A stretch of DNA of 64,000 bases from a virus, in IMG/VR virus record IMGVR_UViG_3300047445_000314, positions 1-64,000 of that record; one strand, written 5' to 3'. The notes under the pieces were generated by a model. It was not told the origin of the DNA and did not search any database. It was given only the letters and a program-made list of their open reading frames with translations. Within the stretch, counting starts at the first letter, position 1, and every line of letters begins with the position of its first letter. Shown piece after piece: positions 32,306 through 41,184 of this stretch. A program made the position numbers and the translations under genes.

Positions 32306-33489
32306 TCCTGGTCTACAATGAATTTGCAATTGATTGCATAATGGAGTCTCTTACCCCACCCTACGGGAGAACGCCATGAACACCGTCTCATCTACCGCGC
32401 AAGTTGCCACCACGCCTTATGGCGATGCGATCTACCAAACGTATCATGGCGCGTTCGGCCTCATTGAAACGACCATTCCTTTCCTCGGTCACTTCGACAT
32501 CGGCATCCATGACGATATGGGCAATGTGGTTCCGGCCAATTTCGGGCAGATGTTCGCTGGCTTACACGACGCCGACCAGAATCACTAAACTGGATTTCGC
32601 GAGGGGTTCTGTTACGGCATAATGGAATCTCTCACCCCACCCCGCGTTACCTTGATTACCTTGAAAGGAATCATCATGAGTCACTACACCGTCAATTTCA
32701 CCGGCAACGCCGCCGCTGTCCACAAACAAGCCATCGCGGAATGCAAGCGTTGGATGGGTGCCAAGCGCTTCAAGGAATTCATGGAGAACCTGCGCGCCTT
32801 GACGGCCAAGGACAGCAGCACCACACGCCTGCGCCGGATATACTTCTACGCAGGATTGACTGGCATGCAGGGCCGCTCTGTTGTCCACGCGCTCTACCGT
32901 GAATCGGTCAAGTAGTCCACCTCATCCACCATAAGGAGCTATCATGAAAACCGTGCCAGCACTCAACCCTAGCCGTCCCCTCAGCAACCTTGGCTACCTG
33001 TCGGATATGGCCATCCGCGCCCTGTTGCGCTCCTTCCCACCCGACGCCGACATCACCGTGGGCGACATCTTCATCAAGGTGGCATCCCCGCAAGGAGAGC
33101 CGGTTCTGAGCGCGGCGCGGCTGACCCGGAATAACTGGCATGTCCGGGCGCGCGCCGGTCTGATTACCGCAACGTATCCACAGCATCTGAGCTGAACGAA
33201 GGTAAGCTGAACCCCAAGCCCACCCGCGCAGGTGGGCACAGTTTTCCTTATACTACATCGCTGCTGCTGCACCCCTGGTGGGCACGGCCCACGCTATACT
33301 GCTGCGCTGCTGGTGAGGGCGTTCGTGATAGAGTATGTGCTGCGCTGGTGCTGTACTGCTGACGTGGTGGTCCTGGTGATGTGGTGCGCGGGTGGTGTAG
33401 TAGGACACACTGCTGCCCACCCTACCTCCTCCTGCCATGGCATAATGAACTCCTCACCTCCCCACCCACGCACCTAGAAAGGGCATATC

Positions 33490-33750
33490 ATGAAAAACGC
33501 GCACAGCATCGTCAACGAACGCGGTTGGAACGTCCATGAATGGCAGCTTAAGGAAATGCTCGGCCTCTCGCGGAAAGCCAAACTTCCCGCCGCAGGCTTG
33601 CCAGAACAAGTCGTACAGGGCGTCACGGTATGGGCTAAGCCGCTCGATCCTAATCGCCGCCAGCGCGCGCCACATCGCATGATGGCGCGTTGCCCGCAAT
33701 GCGGTAAAGAAATGAGCGCGGGTCGTCTGTTCCAGCACGTTTGCAAGTAA
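33490..33750 (+). CDS. C2H2-type zinc-finger protein
   Basis: 'RCPQCGKEMSAGRLFQHVC'; leader motif at 33471. Confidence 0.7.
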   Translation: MKNAHSIVNERGWNVHEWQLKEMLGLSRKAKLPAAGLPEQVVQGVTVWAKPLDPNRRQRAPHRMMARCPQCGKEMSAGRLFQHVCK

Positions 33751-33756
33751 TTGCAC

Positions 33757-33780
33757 GCGCCCTCCGGGGCGCTTTTCTTT
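33757..33780 (+). terminator. Rho-independent terminator
   Basis: GCGCCC-TCCG-GGGCGC followed by TTTTCTTT. Confidence 0.75.
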
Positions 33781-34338
33781 GCGCGCAGGCTCCATGTGCT
33801 GTACTGCTGTTTACCCTGTAGGTGGGCACGGTGATCCTTATACTACCCCGCTGCTGGTGCACACGTTCGTGATTATTTTCCCTGCTGCGCTGGTGGTGTG
33901 CTGAAGGCGTGCTGCTGCTGGCGTGGTGAGGCCCTGAGAACGCCAGGTGGGCATGTGCCAAAAACAACCTATTTTGTGCTGGTGAGACCGACCGCGCCCC
34001 ATGCACCGACCAGGACCAGGACGGCGAGCGCAAAACCCAAAACCCGATGCACCGCATACGAGGGAATCGATCAGGAAGGGATCGGCCTCGCGTTGACGTA
34101 CGCCAAGAATGCGCGAAGGCAATCTCATGTATAAGACCCGGCGCAGGTCATGTATAAGACCGTACCGCAGTCTTATAGCTTTTCCGGTATATGTACGTTT
34201 ATACAGTAAAACGCGCAGGTTCGACGATCGGACAGTCGCCAATGCCTTCCTATGCACGGCGCGCAGGTCGCCTAAAAAGCGCCTTAAAACGCGTTTAAAC
34301 GGCATCCGATTATTTTGCAATCAATGTCAAAATTCGCC

Positions 34339-34366
34339 TTGAATTGCTTGTTTTATTCCCTATAAT
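34339..34366 (+). promoter_or_regulatory. sigma70-type promoter next to a palindrome site
   Basis: TTGAAT-16-TATAAT; palindrome at 34315-34330 just upstream. Confidence 0.65.
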
Positions 34367-34424
34367 GAATTTAGCGCGGCAACAAAGCGCGCCCCTCCCC
34401 AGCTATCCACAATTGGAGCTAGTC

Positions 34425-35012
34425 ATGAATACCGATAACAAACCAGTCGCAAACCCAGTCGCAAACGCTTTCGGCGCTTTCGTCGCCAGCGCGGAAATCG
34501 CCAAACAAGCTACCGCGCCAGTCGTCGCGCCGGTTAAGGCAAAGACCGTCAAAACGACGACAGCCACCAAAGCGAAAAGCACGCCCGCGATTGCCATGTT
34601 CTCCCTCGTCAATCACCCTTTACAGTTCATTGTCCGCGATGGCTCAGGCGCAGCTAAGTTGTTCGCACATACGGCCGCATGGCTTGACCTCACCGGCTTG
34701 ATCCGGGGCGAATCATACCCGGCCGACATTATTCGCGAATTGGGGGGTTCGGCTTATTCCAACCATACGCGACTTGGCAATTTTACCGAATCGCAAGGTA
34801 TGGCGTCCCTCACGCCGCAGGGTTTGACGCATTTTCGCGCAAGGGACACGAACAGCGCCAAAGATATTCCCTCCGGCAAACAAAAGTATTTGATTGAGGA
34901 CAAAGAACATTACATGCTAATGATGATGGAAGGCGTCAACGATGCGCGCTTAGTACGGTCCGAATTGACCGTTAAGAAAATCAGCGCGAAATTCCCGCAG
35001 TATTTCAAGTAA
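34425..35012 (+). CDS. Protein with a K/A/T-rich N-tail and putative wHTH (paralog of 16583-17269)
   Basis: GGAG RBS; shares motifs with 16583; the gene contains no CTG or GTG trinucleotide. Confidence 0.8.
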   Translation: MNTDNKPVANPVANAFGAFVASAEIAKQATAPVVAPVKAKTVKTTTATKAKSTPAIAMFSLVNHPLQFIVRDGSGAAKLFAHTAAWLDLTGLIRGESYPADIIRELGGSAYSNHTRLGNFTESQGMASLTPQGLTHFRARDTNSAKDIPSGKQKYLIEDKEHYMLMMMEGVNDARLVRSELTVKKISAKFPQYFK

Positions 35013-35075
35013 GCAATACCGGGGGGAGTCAGACACTCCCCCTCTTTCCCTCATCTACCCTCATTGGAGATTGCC

Positions 35076-35405
35076 ATGAAACAACATTCCCTCCGCGCCT
35101 ATCGCGCCGCCGCACAAGCGTCATCCCCTTGCTATTGCGCATCATTCGACGCGCAAGGCAATATCGTCGAAACGGAAATCGCCCAGCGCGCACCGATACG
35201 CGCATGGTCCGACTTTGAACCCGACGAAGTACACTACACACACCGTATCATGGCCTTGCAAGAAACAGGCGAGGAAGTATTCTACTCGTATGCGACCGAA
35301 CGCACCGCAGCGCGCAAGATCACCGAAGCGCACAGGCAGCATGTCGAATGGCGTCGCGTATGGTCCGAAGCACTCCCCCGCCATGGCGCACCACGTAGCA
35401 TCTAA
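35076..35405 (+). CDS. Hypothetical protein
   Basis: GGAG RBS; lies within the CTG/GTG desert. Confidence 0.65.
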   Translation: MKQHSLRAYRAAAQASSPCYCASFDAQGNIVETEIAQRAPIRAWSDFEPDEVHYTHRIMALQETGEEVFYSYATERTAARKITEAHRQHVEWRRVWSEALPRHGAPRSI

Positions 35406-35606
35406 GCGGCGCGCAGGGTCTACTAAGCGCGCTCCCTTCCTTCCATACATTGGAGAACATCATGAAAAACATAGTCGCCCTTGTCATCGCTACCGCATCC
35501 GGCGCAATGATCTACCTTACTGCCTCCGGTATCCATGACAGTATCATCCGGGTTGCGCAGGCAGTCGTTATTGCAGCACACTAACAATTACAAAAGAGAG
35601 AATATC

Positions 35607-35765
35607 ATGTTGCTTACCGCTTGCATTATCTTCGCCCTTATCATGTCCTTACCCGCTATCAATGCGGCGCACGCTCAGCTTGCCATTGTCAAACAGCAGC
35701 GCAATTACGACAGCGAATTGCAGCGCGACAAATTTGCACGCGGCAAGTTGCACGAGGAAAAGTAG
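35607..35765 (+). CDS. Small membrane-anchored protein
   Basis: Hydrophobic N-terminus; AGAGAG RBS. Confidence 0.5.
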   Translation: MLLTACIIFALIMSLPAINAAHAQLAIVKQQRNYDSELQRDKFARGKLHEEK

Positions 35766-35959
35766 TTCCAAACGACAATTATCCTATGCTCGGTATTCCC
35801 ACACGGAAAAATTGAGCATAGGAAATAAAAAATTTCTCATATCGACGGGCGGTGAGCGTTTTTTGTACCTACAGAGTTTTCAACTACCCTTATCAGTTTC
35901 TTCTCCCAGTATTCCCTCTTCCCCCAGCCAGCGTCATGGTCTTCTCTTGCACAGTTCAT

Positions 35960-36076
35960 GACCGGGATCACGACCGGGTACGGGTATGCGTTTATGGCCG
36001 GGTACATTGACCGGGATCGCGTCCGGGTATATAGAAAAATTTTGAAAAGGGCTGTGTCTCGGTACTTGGCCGGGTT
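35960..36076 (+). repeat. Cluster of short CCGGG(T/A) direct repeats
   Basis: About seven copies of (G)ACCGGGAT/CCGGGTA, the first six at roughly 8-17 bp intervals, in non-coding DNA. Confidence 0.7.
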
Positions 36077-36670
36077 GCGCGGAGGTACATGAAAATTTGC
36101 GCGTGGACGTCAGGGCCTGGATGCCGTTGCCTACCGTATCGCTACCTGCTGCGTGTCGTGCTCCCGCCGCTATCAGATTCTTTACTCCGTTACTTCACCG
36201 ATAATTTCTACGTTGTTCCTACCTTGCTTTACTACGCTGGCGCGGAGGGCGTAGGATGGGCTATGCGATAATGGGATGTACCAAAAATTCGACGGTTGTC
36301 TATTTAAAGGAGGAGCACATGATCTACAACAAAGAAAAGATAGAGGCCATCTTGGCGGATGCAGAGACCGGCACCGATGGCGAGGGCCGGTTATTCCTGA
36401 TACAGCAAGAGAAGATAGCGGCGCGGCTGGCAGGGATCGGCTTCATGGATACGCTCGACTGGAAAAAATGCGACGTTGAAATGCCGACCGAACTAGGCCA
36501 GGCCTACTTCGTCGTACGCCAATACCCGAACGGCGTCCTACGTTTGCGCACCTTGCCGTGGCTTGCATCCCTTGATGGTGATGAGCATTTCTACAGCCCT
36601 ACAGGCTTAGGCAAGGATATCCTGTGGGCCGAGATACCGGAGATTGAACTACCCTTCTAAGGAGCACAGC

Positions 36671-37051
36671 ATGATCAAGGTCAATTACCTACGTCGGCGC
36701 AGGGTGGCCGAGAAGTATCTGGAACAGGAACAGCAGACCGCCGCCGTTACGGCTACCACCTCAGAAGCCCAGGTAGCAGGCTGCACCGGCAAGCAGGGTT
36801 ACGAGACCCGCAGTGACGCCGCGCGCTCACTGGAGCATGTCCGGCATGCCAAGCGGCTGGGCAGTACCACCAAGGTCCGCATCTACCAATGCGCGACGTG
36901 TAACAAGCACCATATCGGTGGCTACATGCCAGCCGTCATGCACAAGACACCGAGGAGGACGCGCCAGGAGTTGCTGGAGGCAGCCATGGCCGAGGTCGAG
37001 GAGATACGCCAGGATAGCCTGGTCACTAGCGATACGGTAGAAACTACGTAG
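36671..37051 (+). CDS. Zinc-finger phage protein
   Basis: 'CTGKQGYETRSDA...IYQCATCNKHHIG'. Confidence 0.7.
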   Translation: MIKVNYLRRRRVAEKYLEQEQQTAAVTATTSEAQVAGCTGKQGYETRSDAARSLEHVRHAKRLGSTTKVRIYQCATCNKHHIGGYMPAVMHKTPRRTRQELLEAAMAEVEEIRQDSLVTSDTVETT

Positions 37052-37884
37052 CAGCCCAGCAACAGATATATCCACAATATGTACAAAATAGTTGTACCGA
37101 GGACATAATGTCATGGTACAATAGGGACTATTCCCTAGCGTAATCACCAGACATATACCAGCCCATGCAGTTTAACCTCACGTCGGTGGTTTACGGCGTA
37201 TTTACGGAGATTATCATGATTGGTTTCAGCTTATCCTTCTGGTTGCCGGGTAACTTCAACACCGGCCGCGCGCTACTCAACTTCCTGCTGTGGCTTTTTG
37301 CAATTGATATCAAATACGACCCCGACCAGCGCAGCTTGATGCTGGTAGCCCGCTTGACCGGGGTCGAGCTGACCGTACGCATCGCCGGGGTAGACCGGGA
37401 GCTGGCACCCACTATACACGACGAAAACAGGGTCGATGGGCACCAAAAAGCAGCCGAAGAGTTCATCGAAAACATCAAAAAAGGCGCAGAAAGTAGTCAA
37501 AAATACGCGGAAAGCAGCCAAAACACCGATAAAAGCACCAAAATACGCGTCAGAGCGGTCGATAACGATGGAAATGTGCGCGCCAGCACAGAAACACACG
37601 AAAACGGAGGCAAAGGAGGGCCAGTCACCGATGCACCGAAATGGGCGCGCGAGCTGATGCGCAAGGGTGCGTCGCTGATCCTGATGAACCGCAACATCGT
37701 TGACGAGCAGGAGTACAGCTTCCGACTACCCATCCCCGCCAGCGCGCTGGCCCTGGAGATCGGCTCGGTGGCGGTATTCGGCACCGAAGACAACCATATC
37801 CTGTGCAAGGTCACCGGCTACCGCGAGGAAGAGGATGACGGCAGGCTATATTACTACACGAAAACTAAGCTGTAAGGAGGTAGC

Positions 37885-38238
37885 ATGCCTATCACTCACG
37901 AAAAACCGTTGACGCTAGAACAGATCGAAACGCAGATCGCCTGTCACAGCAAGGTGGTTCAGAAATGGCGCGACCATCTGGATGAGTACCACCGCAACTC
38001 CACGATAGCCTGCCCGACCTGCAAGCAGGAGCACAAGTTGCGCGACCTCATCTATCTCCAAACCCACTACTACCATGACCCGGTAGGCTGTATCGGTGGG
38101 GATTACTGGAGCAACGACGAGGGGCAGGCGGACTGTATCACGCCGGGCTGCAAGGCGCGCTGGCGCTTCTACAACAATCCCGATGTCGTTGCTAAGAAGA
38201 AGTATTTCGGAAAAGTAGTGGACGTCTACGACAAGTAG
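37885..38238 (+). CDS. Zinc-ribbon protein
   Basis: CPTC...CxxxxC; AAGGAGG RBS. Confidence 0.7.
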   Translation: MPITHEKPLTLEQIETQIACHSKVVQKWRDHLDEYHRNSTIACPTCKQEHKLRDLIYLQTHYYHDPVGCIGGDYWSNDEGQADCITPGCKARWRFYNNPDVVAKKKYFGKVVDVYDK

Positions 38239-38476
38239 TTTGCAATCAACTTCAAAGGAAAACCATGCTGCGACTTACCTACCATAAAAACCGCAAATTC
38301 GTGAAGGTCGGCGACGCCGTGTATGACACCGAAGACCAGCCCGTCACCGTACGCGAGATTGTCCGGCCCGACGCCGTGCAATGGCCCGAAGGGCGGGTAG
38401 CCCTGGAGTGCGTCAAGACCGGCGTGATCGCCTTGTACGATGTCAGCATTATCCGTGCCCACTGGAAAGAAGAAGC

Positions 38477-39016
38477 ATGAAACTCTTTGACTACATCGTC
38501 GACCGCCTGATCGCGCGGGCGCAAAAGACACCCTACTTTACTCTACCCGGCTACATGGAACGTTTCTGGCTAGTACCCTATACCCGCGTCGGCTCGCACA
38601 GCGCGATGGATGGCGTCGGTCCGGTCTCACCATGGAAGCGCCCGCTCTCGCGCGCCGTCCAGCTCCTCAATATCGCCGCGCGCATCCACCACATCCTGCG
38701 CTCCGACCTGGACCGCCACATGCACAACCACCCATGGTGGTATGTCACCGTTATCTTGCGCGGCGGCTACTACGAGGTCACCCCGCTATACGATATGTGG
38801 GGCGATTACGTCTGCGATATCCGCGAATGGCACGGACCCGGCAGCGTCCTGTTCCGGCGCGCAAATTCTCTGCACCGGATAGAGATACCGGCAGGACAGA
38901 CGGCATGGACTTTGTTCATCACCGGCAAGTACAGCAATAGCTGGGGCTTCGCGGAGGACATGGACCGGCCCGACGAGATCACGCCGTACAGAGAGTATCT
39001 AGACGCCAAGAAATAA
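38477..39016 (+). CDS. Cupin-fold protein
   Basis: 'HHILRSD.DRHMHNHPW...ILRGGY.E...HRIE...WTLFITG' double-stranded beta-helix motif. Confidence 0.75.
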   Translation: MKLFDYIVDRLIARAQKTPYFTLPGYMERFWLVPYTRVGSHSAMDGVGPVSPWKRPLSRAVQLLNIAARIHHILRSDLDRHMHNHPWWYVTVILRGGYYEVTPLYDMWGDYVCDIREWHGPGSVLFRRANSLHRIEIPAGQTAWTLFITGKYSNSWGFAEDMDRPDEITPYREYLDAKK

Positions 39017-40179
39017 AAGCCGCAAGTAGTCCGATTTTGCAGTTAATTGCAAAGAGGCACGCGATGGACAGTATGCTACACCTCCTTAGAGGGCTGGTTA
39101 TCCCAGTATTCAAGCATGTCCACCGCGCGCTCGACCAGCGCCGCAAGCCTGCCGGACACGCGCTGGATGCACGCCTGGTCGCGGCGATCCGCTGGGATTA
39201 TGAACACGGTGCGATGAGCAAATGCGCGGTGGCGCGCAAGTACCGGCTGGTGGTCGGCCGCAACAACGTCCTTGGCATAGTCAATGGGCGGGTCCGGCCG
39301 GAAGTAGTTGCCAAACAGGACGATCTGGCATGGAGCAAACGAACATGGAACAGCGACCCGAGCAGTGGACGGAACATAGTACGAGGAGGGAAGCAATGAA
39401 CATCTCGATGTACAACCCTGATTTCAACCTGCGCGTCAACTGGACATATCTATGGCGCAAGTTGCATTGCCTGAACGCGATGGATCAATGGACCAACTGG
39501 GAACGGCACTACGAGCGCGACGTCGACGCCGGGTACTGTCTTGATCGCTACAACCTGGAGGATGCATTATGGAAGAATTGAAATCAATTGCAAACGACGA
39601 GGAATTCACACGGCTTTTTCAAGATCTACTCCTGTATGAATCCCCATTCCAGCTCTCGGTGCGTACAGCACTCCTTACTAACTACATCGACCAGCGCACC
39701 GCCAAGCGCATCGAAGAAGAAGTCGAGCGGTATAGCCACACCCGTCGCTGCGTCGACTTGTCCAAGTTGGAAATCCCGCTGACCTTTTGCGGGGAGGACA
39801 TGGTGCGCCTCAAGGACGTCGCGACCTTGTGCCAGGATAGTCCGGATATGTTCGTCCTGGATGATAGCCAGCCGCTCTACAAATACGAGCCGCCCAGGCT
39901 GGACCCGGATTGGGGGGATTGAGCATGGAAAATTTGAAACCAATTGCATATATCACCCAGCGTGAAGGAGTAAGCATGGATATCGACGAGTACATCCGGG
40001 GGCTGTCCGACGAGGAACTGCGCGAGGCGGTTGTCACGGTCAGGGAGGATTTGGCGGAAGCCGCCGCCGACCATAACGGCTCGGAATGGCACGAGGCCTG
40101 CTTCGCGGCGGCCATGATTGTCGCGCTGGAAGTCGAGCGGCGCGGGATGGTTTTGAACGTAATACACTAGGAGAGTAAA

Positions 40180-41184
40180 TTGAACGCAGAACAGATCAAG
40201 GACGCGCGTGAGGCATTGGACAGCATGGATGACTACGCGCGCATGGAAACCGGTATTAATGCCATCGGCCCGCGCAATGTATTAGAGGCGTTTATCGCTT
40301 CGGCGGAGGCCACCATTGACGCGTCGGACGATCTGTCTGCGCAAATGGACGCGGCGGAGGAGCGAGCATCCTTGTACGATGACGATCTGCGCGACGCGAT
40401 CAAGACCGATGTGATGAACAGCTTCTACGCGGGGGTGGCCTGGGCGCGCGCAAACCCCCTCCCCGCACCTGTATCTCTAGCCGAGCGGTTAGGCAAACAA
40501 TGGGAGGAAAATCGGCAATTCGACCGCGATGCTATCAAGGCAACGCTTACCAAATTGGAGTCCACCTTTCAGGCGCAGCAGGGCTGTCACTTCCCCCTGT
40601 GCGAATCCCCGGAAGAACAGCAGACTATCGCAGCCCAAGTGCATGCCGAGCTATATACCGGGGCGCAGGATGGTCCGGGTACACCATCCGCGCGCTTAGG
40701 CGGCATCCTCTCAAGACTGTCGGAGATTTTTCCTGATCTGCACAATCAGTTTGCAGCAGCGCCGCCAGAGATTGCCTATCTTGAGCGAATAGCAGCCCTC
40801 CAGTCGCAGCAGGATATTGCCCATTGCCGTGATATTACAGTGGCATACGCAATCCGGGACTGGTACGCAACGCAATGGCCGGAACGTGATTTTTGTGTCG
40901 AACACACCGATCTGGTAAAGGCAATTGCAGCCCTCAAAGCGCAGCAGGGATCATGCGACGAATGCGGGAAGAAGCAGGCTGATGGCTGGGCGCTTTACTG
41001 CGTTGAATGTGGCGCGCTGGCGCAGCAGGGTTGTAGCTTTCCCCTCTGTGAATCAGCGGAGGAACAGCAGCGCATTGCGGCACAAGTACAACATCTACTC
41101 TACAACGCCAAGATCGAAAACGTGCATTTGCGCGTGCGCGCTGAGAAAGCAGAGGCGGCGCTGGCGGCACGGGAGGGTAAATGA
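40180..41184 (+). CDS. Mosaic Ead/Ea22-like accessory protein with an internal duplication
   Basis: GGAGAG RBS, TTG start; the segment 'AQQGC.FPLCES.EEQQ.IAAQV' occurs twice. Confidence 0.65.
   Translation: MNAEQIKDAREALDSMDDYARMETGINAIGPRNVLEAFIASAEATIDASDDLSAQMDAAEERASLYDDDLRDAIKTDVMNSFYAGVAWARANPLPAPVSLAERLGKQWEENRQFDRDAIKATLTKLESTFQAQQGCHFPLCESPEEQQTIAAQVHAELYTGAQDGPGTPSARLGGILSRLSEIFPDLHNQFAAAPPEIAYLERIAALQSQQDIAHCRDITVAYAIRDWYATQWPERDFCVEHTDLVKAIAALKAQQGSCDECGKKQADGWALYCVECGALAQQGCSFPLCESAEEQQRIAAQVQHLLYNAKIENVHLRVRAEKAEAALAAREGK

Noticed and set aside
33231-33254. sigma54 promoter for the GGTGGGCAC motif
   Set aside because: No TTGC -12 element at the required spacing.
33250-33984. 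Chi (GCTGGTGG) hotspot cluster
   Set aside because: I found only one exact E. coli Chi here (33889). The enrichment is for CTG/GTG in many contexts, and the host's Chi is unknown.
33232-34342. Predicted ORFs 33232-33477, 33898-34134, 34109-34342 (and 31662-31901)
   Set aside because: Low-complexity translations of repeat tracts without RBSs; treated as non-coding.
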